This document shows positions 43,605 to 52,770 of a stretch of 64,000 nucleotides of DNA, one piece after another. Position 1 is the stretch's first letter. The number at the start of each line of letters is the position of its first letter. The DNA lies in contig NZ_JBBHLB010000005.1 of NCBI RefSeq assembly GCF_037572415.1, positions 150,050-214,049 on the forward strand, written 5' to 3'. This stretch comes from Flavonifractor porci (lineage in GTDB: Bacteria > Bacillota > Clostridia > Oscillospirales > Oscillospiraceae). Under the pieces are notes generated by a model. The model was not told where the DNA came from. It worked only from the letters and a program-made list of their open reading frames with translations, and made no database searches. Made by a program: the position numbers and the translations under genes.

Positions 43605-43617
43605 ATTTCTGATATTA
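43605..43617. promoter_or_regulatory. Fur-family (PerR-like) box candidate upstream of reverse rubrerythrin
   Basis: AATGAT-T-ATCATT, a perfect 6-1-6 palindrome about 80 nt upstream of the start. It resembles Fur/PerR-type AT-rich boxes. Confidence 0.45.
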
Positions 43618-43683
43618 AGATAGCACAACTTAACTCTGCCGTCAAGTGTTTTTTTCAAATTCCGAAAACTTTTTTATTTCACC

Positions 43684-43842
43684 TTACTTTTCATGTTTGC
43701 GGCGGTAACGGCGGTGTCCCAGCACCAGAATAAAAACGCCTGCCGCTGCCAGGATTCCGCCCAATACAATCTGGGCGATGATGGGACCATACATGATAGA
43801 TATCACACGATCTATACTACTACTATAAAAGCCGAGATCCAT
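43684..43842 (-). CDS. small membrane protein (52 aa), below the track threshold
   Basis: ATG at 43842 with a GGGGGATAAGGAA RBS, 12 nt after the upstream XRE-TM gene stop. MDLGFYSSSIDRVISIMYGPIIAQIVLGGILAAAGVFILVLGHRRYRRKHEK has one TM and a basic tail. Confidence 0.5.
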   Translation of the reverse strand: MDLGFYSSSIDRVISIMYGPIIAQIVLGGILAAAGVFILVLGHRRYRRKHEK

Positions 43843-43854
43843 TTCCTTATCCCC

Positions 43855-44226
43855 CTATGGCAGACATTCGGGCAACTTCATAAACTCCCACAGGCCATTT
43901 ATGGTCAAAAGCTGCAGCAGCCCCCGTATCAACAGATAGCTCCCCACTGCCAGCGGTAAAATCCCCAGCAGATACCATCTGGGTTCTCTCCTCTCAGGTG
44001 CCGCCTCTGTGGGCAGGCCCGGATCAGGCCTCTCCCCTAACAGCAGCTGGTCTGTTGTGATCCCAAATAGTTTGGCCAAGGCCACGATCTTATCCAATTC
44101 CGGCTGGGCAGCGTCACCCTCCCACTTGCTCACCGCCTGGCGGGACACTCCCAGCAGTTCGGCCAACCCTTCCTGAGACAGGCCCGCGCGTTTGCGGTAA
44201 TTCAGAATCCGCTCTCCCAAGGTCAT
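43855..44226 (-). CDS. XRE-family HTH protein with C-terminal transmembrane segment
   Basis: LGERILNYRKRAGLSQEGLAELLGVSRQAVSKWE HTH motif, followed by WYLLGILPLAVGSYLLIRGLL as a TM. Confidence 0.8.
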   Translation of the reverse strand: MTLGERILNYRKRAGLSQEGLAELLGVSRQAVSKWEGDAAQPELDKIVALAKLFGITTDQLLLGERPDPGLPTEAAPERREPRWYLLGILPLAVGSYLLIRGLLQLLTINGLWEFMKLPECLP

Positions 44227-44416
44227 CCTTGCTCGCCATCCTTTCTCCCGGCGTCACCGGACAGTTCCAGACTATCAAACGATCCGGTTTCATACCATAA
44301 AGTTTGGCTTGAACTTCCACAACCGCTGGTTGTCAAAAGGGTTTTCAAGCAAAATCATCATAACATAGCCTGCCCAGCGTATTCAAGCATCCCTTGGTAA
44401 AGATCCGGCATAACAG

Positions 44417-44453
44417 AAAACGGGCGCGCTGGGATATACAGCGCGCCCGTTTT
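44417..44453. terminator. bidirectional intrinsic terminator
   Basis: AAAACGGGCGCGCTG-GGATATA-CAGCGCGCCCGTTTT. Confidence 0.85.
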
Positions 44454-44474
44454 GAGCGGTTTTTATCAGGCAAT

Positions 44475-45068
44475 TTATGTGTCCGCAAGTGCCTGGGCGG
44501 CAGCCTTGATTACAGCCACGCAGGCATCGATACCGATACGGCTGTTGACGCACAGATCATACTCCCGGCTCTGTCCCCAACGGCCGGTGGCAAAATAATT
44601 ATAATAGGAGGCTCTTGCCTTGTCCTGGCGGATAACATAGCTCTCCAGATTGTTCTCCTGTACACCGTACTCCTCCCGAGCCCGGCGGATCCGCTGATCC
44701 AGAGGTGCATTGACAAATACCTTCAGGCAGCGGGGGTGATCCCGAAGGATATAGTCGGCGCAGCGGCCCACAATGACACAGGATTCCCTGTCAGCGGCCT
44801 CCTTGATAACTTTAGCCTGCGCGATAAACACCTGATCGGGAACCGATGGCGTCTGTACGCTGGTATAGAGATCATAGAGAAAACTATTGGTGGGGCGCTG
44901 ATGCTCGGCATTGCGGATAAAGTGCTCGGAGAAGCCTGTCTTTTTTGCCACATCGGAGATCAGCTGTTTGTCGTAAAATGTGATGCCCATCTCTTCGGAC
45001 AACTGCTTGGCAATAAGCCGTCCGCCGGAACCGTACTCACGACCGATGGTAATGACGATGTGTTTCAT
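44475..45068 (-). CDS. cytidylate kinase-like family protein (P-loop)
   Basis: ITIGREYGSGGRLIAKQLSEEMGITFYDKQLI N-terminus; 197 aa. Confidence 0.75.
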   Translation of the reverse strand: MKHIVITIGREYGSGGRLIAKQLSEEMGITFYDKQLISDVAKKTGFSEHFIRNAEHQRPTNSFLYDLYTSVQTPSVPDQVFIAQAKVIKEAADRESCVIVGRCADYILRDHPRCLKVFVNAPLDQRIRRAREEYGVQENNLESYVIRQDKARASYYNYFATGRWGQSREYDLCVNSRIGIDACVAVIKAAAQALADT

Positions 45069-45305
45069 AAGAACACCTCCTATCCTAATTTAAGTATAAT
45101 GCTTTTTTCTCCTTCCGTCAAAGAGTTTTCATTTTCATATCTTATATTTATTATCCTATGTTAATATGCAAAATTTATTACGGATTTCGATTGACTTTCC
45201 GCCAAACCTGAGTATAATAGTTGCCATCTGGCCCATATGTCCAAAGGGTCTTTTCCCTCCGCAAGGAAACTGAAAAAGAGAGCACAAAAAGAAAGGAGTA
45301 TCCAT

Positions 45306-45509
45306 ATGTTTATTCTGGGTATCATTCTGATCATCGCCGGTATTGGCTGTGCCGGTTACGGTTTTATGCAGAACAACAGCTTGGAGGCCCAGTTCACCAG
45401 CATCATGAGCAGCGGTACCGCTAACCCCGGCACCATGTTTATCGTCATTGGCGTGATCCTGCTGGTAGTCGGTATCATCCTCTGTGTGGTCGGCAAAAAG
45501 AAGAATTAA
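45306..45509 (+). CDS. small two-TM membrane protein (DUF3185-like)
   Basis: AAAGGAG RBS. MFILGIILIIAGIGCAGYGF...MFIVIGVILLVVGIILCVVGKKKN. The track start at 45237 lacks an RBS. Confidence 0.6.
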   Translation: MFILGIILIIAGIGCAGYGFMQNNSLEAQFTSIMSSGTANPGTMFIVIGVILLVVGIILCVVGKKKN

Positions 45510-47120
<1,611 letters not shown>

Positions 47121-47146
47121 GCAACGCCCCCTTATGCTGACTTTCC

Positions 47147-47182
47147 AAGGAGGGACGCGGCAGCGCCGCGTCCCTCCTTTTT
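47147..47182 (+). terminator. intrinsic terminator immediately after gdhA (inside the inserted segment)
   Basis: AAGGAGGGACGCGG-CAGCG-CCGCGTCCCTCCTTTTT. Confidence 0.85.
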
Positions 47183-47332
47183 CGTCGGCCACCGGGGCCC
47201 CATCAAAGATGGGGCGGCGCGCAAGCGCCGTACAAGCGTTTTACCGGCAGGCAAAACCTTAATGCCGGGCGGATTCATTCCGCCCGAGCAGCTCCAATCA
47301 TGGGGTCCCCAACCTGCCCCGCAGGTTGGGGC
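47183..47332 (+). repeat. multi-hairpin repeat element, copy 4 (3' of gdhA)
   Basis: It starts with CGTCGGCCACC, the reverse complement of gdhA 47081-47091. Then come hairpins GCCCCATC/GATGGGGC, GGCGC/GCGCC, GTTTT/AAAAC and CGGGCGGA-TTCAT-TCCGCCCG, followed by GGGGTCCCC and CCCCAACCTGC/GCAGGTTGGGG. Confidence 0.9.
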
Positions 47333-47370
47333 TGGCCGACGCTATGATCTGGCAGGGCGTGTCCTACTAA
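47333..47370 (+). repeat. perfect 38-nt second copy of the gdhA 3' end including the stop
   Basis: 47333-47370 is identical to 47083-47120 (TGGCCGACGCTATGATCTGGCAGGGCGTGTCCTACTAA). Confidence 0.95.
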
Positions 47371-47382
47371 ACTTGAAACAAA

Positions 47383-47420
47383 AATGGCACCCATCCTTTA
47401 CAACGGATGGATGCCATTTT
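47383..47420 (+). terminator. second (presumably ancestral) gdhA terminator
   Basis: ATGGCACCCATCC-TTTACAAC-GGATGGATGCCAT followed by TTTTTC, 13 nt after the duplicated stop. Confidence 0.7.
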
Positions 47421-47471
47421 TCTTTATTTATGATATAATACCAGCATTCTGAGAAATACGAGGACTACTCT

Positions 47472-49055
47472 ATGCTCCGCATCCAAAATATCTCCCTGCC
47501 CCTTGACGGCAGCCAAGGCCAGCTGAAAAAAAAGGCCGCCCGCATTCTTGGCGTTAAACCAGAGGTCATCACCGGGCTGTCTTTGGCCCGGCAGTCCATT
47601 GACGCCCGGAAAAAGAGCGACGTCCACTACGTCTGCACGGTGGATGCAACCGTGGCCGACGAAGGCAAGGTCATGGCCCGGTGCCGGGACAAAAACGTCT
47701 CTCTCCACCAGAGCGCCCCCTATGTTTTCCCAACCGTGCGGCGGACCTCTTCCCTGCCGCCGGTGGTGGTAGGCATGGGCCCCGCCGGGCTTTTTGCCGC
47801 CCTCTTCCTTGCCCGGAACGGCCTGGCTCCCATTGTGCTGGAGCGGGGCCGCCCGGTGGAGGAGCGCACTGACGACGTAGAGCGGTTCTGGTCCACCGGC
47901 TTATTGGACCCCTCCTCCAACGTTCAGTTCGGCGAGGGAGGGGCAGGCACCTTTTCCGACGGCAAGCTGACCACCGGCACCCATGATCCCCGCATCTCCA
48001 CAGTATTCCGCACCCTGGTGGGCGCAGGGGCTCCCGAGGATATTCTGTACCAGCACAAACCCCACATCGGCACCGACGTGCTGCGGGACGTGGTGAAAAA
48101 CATACGACAGGAACTGATCCGCCTGGGCTGCGACGTGCGCTTTGGCCATCAGCTCACCGGCCTTATCCTCCGGGATGTGGCAGTGGCCGGGCTGACGGTG
48201 GAAGGCCCTCAGGGAAGCTACGACCTGTCCTGTGACGCACTTGTCCTCTCCCCCGGCCACTCTGCCCGTGACACTTTCCAGATGCTGCTGGAGGCGGGTG
48301 TCCCCATGGAGCAGAAACCCTTTGCCATCGGGGTACGCATTGAGCATCCCCAGAGCGCTGTCTCTCTGGCCCAGTTTGGTCCGGTTTGGGAGAAACTGCC
48401 CGCTGCCGACTATAAGCTGGCCTGCCACCTTCCTAACGGCCGCTCCGCTTTTACCTTCTGTGTCTGTCCCGGCGGCCAGGTGGTGGCTGCCGCCTCGGAA
48501 AAGGGGCGGTTGGTGACCAACGGTATGAGCCATCGGGCCAGAGATGGAAAAAACATCAACGGCGGTTTTCTGGTGGGAGTGGGTCCAGCCGACTTCGGCT
48601 CCGACCATCCCCTGGCCGGAGTTGCCTTCCAGCAACACTGGGAGGAGGCCGCCTTCCAGTTGGGCGGCGGGACTTACCACGCCCCTGCCCAGACCGTGAA
48701 GGACTTCCTGTCCCGGCAGACCTCCAAAACCCTGGGCACTGTGGAACCGACCTACCGTCCCGGCGTCACCCCCACTGAACTGGACCGCTGCCTGCCCGAT
48801 TACGTCACCGACACCCTGCGGGGGGCGCTGCCCATCTTTGACCGCAAGCTGCACGGCTTCGCCGCGCCGGACAGCCTGCTCACCGGCGTGGAGACCCGTT
48901 CCTCCTCCCCCGTCCGCATCCTCCGGGGGGAAGACTGCCAATCCGCCATCCGGGGGCTCTACCCCTGCGGCGAGGGGGCTGGTTACGCCGGCGGCATCAC
49001 CTCCGCTGCTGTGGACGGCATCCGGGTTGCCGAGGCGGTCGCTTCACAGCCTTAA
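47472..49055 (+). CDS. FAD-dependent protein (COG2509-type uncharacterised dehydrogenase)
   Basis: VVVGMGPAGLFAALFLARNG dinucleotide-binding motif, GGAGTFSDGKL, and C-terminal CGEGAGYAGGI; 527 aa. Confidence 0.75.
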   Translation: MLRIQNISLPLDGSQGQLKKKAARILGVKPEVITGLSLARQSIDARKKSDVHYVCTVDATVADEGKVMARCRDKNVSLHQSAPYVFPTVRRTSSLPPVVVGMGPAGLFAALFLARNGLAPIVLERGRPVEERTDDVERFWSTGLLDPSSNVQFGEGGAGTFSDGKLTTGTHDPRISTVFRTLVGAGAPEDILYQHKPHIGTDVLRDVVKNIRQELIRLGCDVRFGHQLTGLILRDVAVAGLTVEGPQGSYDLSCDALVLSPGHSARDTFQMLLEAGVPMEQKPFAIGVRIEHPQSAVSLAQFGPVWEKLPAADYKLACHLPNGRSAFTFCVCPGGQVVAAASEKGRLVTNGMSHRARDGKNINGGFLVGVGPADFGSDHPLAGVAFQQHWEEAAFQLGGGTYHAPAQTVKDFLSRQTSKTLGTVEPTYRPGVTPTELDRCLPDYVTDTLRGALPIFDRKLHGFAAPDSLLTGVETRSSSPVRILRGEDCQSAIRGLYPCGEGAGYAGGITSAAVDGIRVAEAVASQP

Positions 49056-49070
49056 GTGAATTTTACCCAT

Positions 49071-49104
49071 AAAAAAGTGCCGTCCTTCAGGACGGCACTT
49101 TTTC
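49071..49104. terminator. bidirectional intrinsic terminator
   Basis: AAAAAAGTGCCGTCC-TTCAG-GACGGCACTTTTT between convergent genes. Confidence 0.9.
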
Positions 49105-49110
49105 TATCAT

Positions 49111-50475
49111 TCAGCGCTGATCCATGGGCACATAATCCGTATGGCTGCCCACATACTTATAGGCAGGACGGATGATCTTACCCATATTGATAAGCTCCTC
49201 AATGCGGTGGGCGGACCAGCCAGCCACACGGGCCATGGCAAAGATAGGCGTATACAGCTCCAGAGGCAGATCCAGCATATGGTACACAAAGCCGGAATAG
49301 AAGTCCACATTGGCGGATACGCCCTTGTACATCTTCCGCTCTCCGGAGATGACCTCGGGACCCAGCCGGGCCACCAGGGAATAGAGCTCATATTCCTCAT
49401 TGCGGCCCTTCTCACGGGACAGCTTCTCCACAAAGGAGTGGAGCAGGTTGGCACGGGGATCGGACAGAGAGTAAACCGCATGCCCCATGCCGTAGATCAG
49501 GCCCGCCTTGTCGAAGGCCTGCTTGTTGAGCAGAGCCTGCAGGTAATGACGTACTTCGTCCTCATCTTTCCAGTCCCGCACGGTCTCTTTCATGTCATCA
49601 AACATCTGCACCACCTTGATGTTGGCGCCGCCGTGCTTGGGACCCTTCAGAGAGGCCAGAGCCGCCGCCATACAGGAATAGGTATCGGTACCGGAGGAGG
49701 TGACCACATGGGTAGTGAAGGTGGAGTTGTTGCCGCCGCCGTGCTCGGCATGGAGTGTCAGACAAATATCCAACACATGGGCCTCCCAGAAGGAGTAGGA
49801 AGAATCCGCCCGCAGCAGGGAGAGGATGTTCTCCGCCGCCGACAGTTCCGGCCGGGGGGCGTGGATGTACAGGCTGCTGCCGCTCTTATAGTTCCAGGCT
49901 TGATAGCCATAGACACTGAGCATGGGGAACAGGGCAATAAGCTGGACACACTGGCGCATGACATTGGGCAGGGAGATGTCATCCGCCCGGTCATCATAGG
50001 AGGCCAGATTGAGCACACTCCGGGCCAGGGAATTCATGATATCATGGCTGGGCGCCTTCAGGATCACATCCCGCACAAAGTTGTTGGGCAGGGAACGATA
50101 ATAGGACAGCTGCTTGGAAAAGCCATCCAGCTCCTCCTTGGTGGGCAGCTTGCCCAGCAAAAGCAGATAGGCTGTCTCCTCAAAGCCGAAGCGGCCCTCC
50201 TTCAGAGCGCCTGCCACCAACTGCTCCACGTCCACACCGCGGTAATACAGCTTGCCTTCGCAGGGAATCTCCTGTCCATCCACAACCTTTTTGGCTACAA
50301 TATCAGAGACTTCAGTCAGTCCGGCAAGCACGCCCTTGCCGTTCAGGTCACGCAGGCCCCGCTTCACATCATATTTGACAAAATCGCCCGGATCAATGCA
50401 GCTGTTTTCCTGTGCCAAAGCCGCCAGGCGCTCAAGTTCAGGCGTAGTATTGCAGTAATTCGGATTGCTTGCCAT
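49111..50475 (-). CDS. citrate synthase (citrate/2-methylcitrate synthase family)
   Basis: 454 aa. LHAEHGGGNNSTF and GMGHAVY catalytic His motifs, plus the GPRLARV-like region MARVAGWSAHRIEE. Confidence 0.9.
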   Translation of the reverse strand: MASNPNYCNTTPELERLAALAQENSCIDPGDFVKYDVKRGLRDLNGKGVLAGLTEVSDIVAKKVVDGQEIPCEGKLYYRGVDVEQLVAGALKEGRFGFEETAYLLLLGKLPTKEELDGFSKQLSYYRSLPNNFVRDVILKAPSHDIMNSLARSVLNLASYDDRADDISLPNVMRQCVQLIALFPMLSVYGYQAWNYKSGSSLYIHAPRPELSAAENILSLLRADSSYSFWEAHVLDICLTLHAEHGGGNNSTFTTHVVTSSGTDTYSCMAAALASLKGPKHGGANIKVVQMFDDMKETVRDWKDEDEVRHYLQALLNKQAFDKAGLIYGMGHAVYSLSDPRANLLHSFVEKLSREKGRNEEYELYSLVARLGPEVISGERKMYKGVSANVDFYSGFVYHMLDLPLELYTPIFAMARVAGWSAHRIEELINMGKIIRPAYKYVGSHTDYVPMDQR

Positions 50476-50653
50476 GAAAAACCTCCATTCTCTTCACATA
50501 CCCAGGGGACAACCCCTTTGCCAATCAGTTCATTGCTAACTATTATGGCATAAAAATGTTACCACAATATGAATCGCTCTCGATTTTTTCATTGAAATTT
50601 TTCTTCTATAATGGACCGACCCGCTGCGGCAAGGCCGGACAGCGGGTCGGAAT

Positions 50654-51577
50654 TTAGAACAGGTCTTTCTTCTTCAGGATGATGCCAGTCACCAGAATCA
50701 CGCCCAGAGACAGCACCAGCGGGAACCACCAGAACTGATCCAGGGGCAGATTGGCTACATTCATACCGTAGAAGCTGAAGAAAATATTGGGGATGGTCAG
50801 CAGGATCGTGATGGAGGTCAGCACCTTCATGATCACGTTCAGGTTGTTGGAGATCACGGAGGCAAAGGCGTCCATCATGCCGGAAATAATGGAGGAATAA
50901 ATATTGGCCATCTCAATAGCCTGGCGTACCTCGATAAGCACGTCCTCCAGCAGGTCATGGTCCTCTTCGTAGAGGGTAATGATGCGGCCGCGGAGGATCT
51001 TCTCCAGGGTGACCTCATTGGCTTTCAGTGAGGTATTAAAGTAAACCAGTGACTTTTCCAGGTCCAGCAGCTGGATCAGTTCCTTGTTCCGCTGGGACTT
51101 GTAAAGCTGACGCTCCATGTAGTTGTAGATCTTGTCGATCTGCTTCAGGTATTGCAGGAAGCGTTTAGCCACCTGAAGCAGCATATAGAGGATGAACTGG
51201 GTCCGCTTCTGGGTATCCGCATTGCGTACCAGCCCGTCCTGGAAATCCTTCAGAATAGAGGTCTCTTTCAGGCAAACGGTAATGATGTGCTTCTCAGTGA
51301 CGATGATGCCCAAAGGCAGGGTGGAATACACCACCGCGTCGTCCTTCTCCACCGAGGGAGCGTCAATGATAATGAGGGTCTGCCCCTCTTCGGTATCAAT
51401 ACGGGAGGTCTCTTCTTCGTCCAGCGCGGCCCGCAGGAAAGAGGGCTCCACGCCCAGGGTTACCGCTACCGTATTCAGCTCATCCTCGCTGGGATAGGTC
51501 AGGTTGACCCAGCAGCCGTCCTGCACGGCATCCAGCTTGGTCATTTTCCCATTGATGGTCTTGTGAATGGAAAGCAA
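50654..51577 (-). CDS. corA: CorA-family magnesium/cobalt transporter
   Basis: C-terminal two TMs with the FYGMNV (GMN) motif. A TTG start gives the family-typical MLSIHKTINGK... N-terminus. Confidence 0.9.
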   Translation of the reverse strand: MLSIHKTINGKMTKLDAVQDGCWVNLTYPSEDELNTVAVTLGVEPSFLRAALDEEETSRIDTEEGQTLIIIDAPSVEKDDAVVYSTLPLGIIVTEKHIITVCLKETSILKDFQDGLVRNADTQKRTQFILYMLLQVAKRFLQYLKQIDKIYNYMERQLYKSQRNKELIQLLDLEKSLVYFNTSLKANEVTLEKILRGRIITLYEEDHDLLEDVLIEVRQAIEMANIYSSIISGMMDAFASVISNNLNVIMKVLTSITILLTIPNIFFSFYGMNVANLPLDQFWWFPLVLSLGVILVTGIILKKKDLF

Positions 51578-51860
51578 TTAACTCACGCCTTTCTGGGCGC
51601 AGGGACCAAAAAGGCATAAAAATCCCCGCACACCTATTGTCTCGCCGATCCGCTCCACTTATACCAACGGACCGAAAAAGGGCACAGGCGTGCGGGCGCT
51701 CCCGGTCATGCCGGTCAAACGCCGATCCAATACGCCGTGCCAGTTGTGTTGCATTCTCGACTCAGAGGGTCACCGCTCACGGCGCATATCACTCCCTTAT
51801 GACATAATCTGTCTTTCCAAAACCAGCCGACCAATGTCGCTGGTCCTTGAATCGGTCTTT

Positions 51861-51889
51861 ATTATATGCTACTTTCAGCTGAATTGCAA
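51861..51889 (-). promoter_or_regulatory. strong sigma-A-type promoter about 275 nt upstream of corA
   Basis: Minus strand reads TTGCAA (51889-51884), 17 nt, TATAAT (51866-51861). Confidence 0.65.
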
Positions 51890-52020
51890 GCCTGCACTCT
51901 TGCCGCCTCTCCTTTTCTTCCACAATAACGCCCAGCTCCAGACAAATTCCTTCCTCCAAAATACATTGCTGGACGTCCCGTCCATTCAGCACAGATGGCC
52001 AGCTTATATGATTCTGTCCT

Positions 52021-52707
52021 TTATGGAACTACAAAGCGGTAGCCCAGTCCACGGACCGTCTGGATATATTGGGGCTTGGATGGGTTTTCTTCGATCTTTG
52101 CGCGGATTCGGTTGATATAAACCATAATGGCATTTTCGTCAATGATAGCCGACCCCCATACCAGGTCGTAGATCATATCCTTGGAAAAAATATGATTCAC
52201 ATTGTCCATAAACAGCTTGATCATGGCGTTTTCCTTGGAGGAGAGAACCACCTCTTCTCCGTTTTTATAGAAACGGAGCGTGCTGGTATTATACTGAAAG
52301 GGGCCGGCGGTAATGATCTGATCCGCTCCGGGCAGATTCCCCCGGCTGCGGCGGATCAGCGCTTTTACCTTTGCTGCAAGGGTAACCGGATTGAGGGGTT
52401 TTGTGATATAGTCGTCTGCACCAATATCCAGACCATAGAGGGTATCATAATCCTCTTTGCGTCCGCTGACGATCATAATGGGGATCTTGCCTCCGTTGCG
52501 CCGGATATGCTGGATCACCTGAAACCCATCCATACCGGACAGATTGATATCCAGCAAAAGCAGGTCGTACTTTTTCTTTGCCAGCATCTCAAGGCACTGT
52601 TCCCCGGAATCGGCGGTATCCGCCTGAATGCCGTTGCTGCTGATCACTTTATACAGCATGGTAAGAACAGCTCTGTCGTCATCAACAATGAGTACAAGAT
52701 CCGCCAA
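52021..52707 (-). CDS. OmpR-family response regulator
   Basis: TTG start at 52707 with an AGGGGGA RBS. Receiver domain (VLIVDDD...LLLLDINLSGMDG) plus a winged-helix output (YIQTVRGLGYRFV). The track N-terminal extension is non-homologous. Confidence 0.9.
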   Translation of the reverse strand: MADLVLIVDDDRAVLTMLYKVISSNGIQADTADSGEQCLEMLAKKKYDLLLLDINLSGMDGFQVIQHIRRNGGKIPIMIVSGRKEDYDTLYGLDIGADDYITKPLNPVTLAAKVKALIRRSRGNLPGADQIITAGPFQYNTSTLRFYKNGEEVVLSSKENAMIKLFMDNVNHIFSKDMIYDLVWGSAIIDENAIMVYINRIRAKIEENPSKPQYIQTVRGLGYRFVVP

Positions 52708-52770
52708 GGTGCATCCCCCTTTACACAGCTTGCTTCTTCCAGTATGATATCCAGTATAAAAGACGAGTAT

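Noticed and set aside
51578-51860. M-box riboswitch call for the corA leader
   Set aside because: The hallmark GUUAGGUGAGGCU and related conserved blocks are not present.
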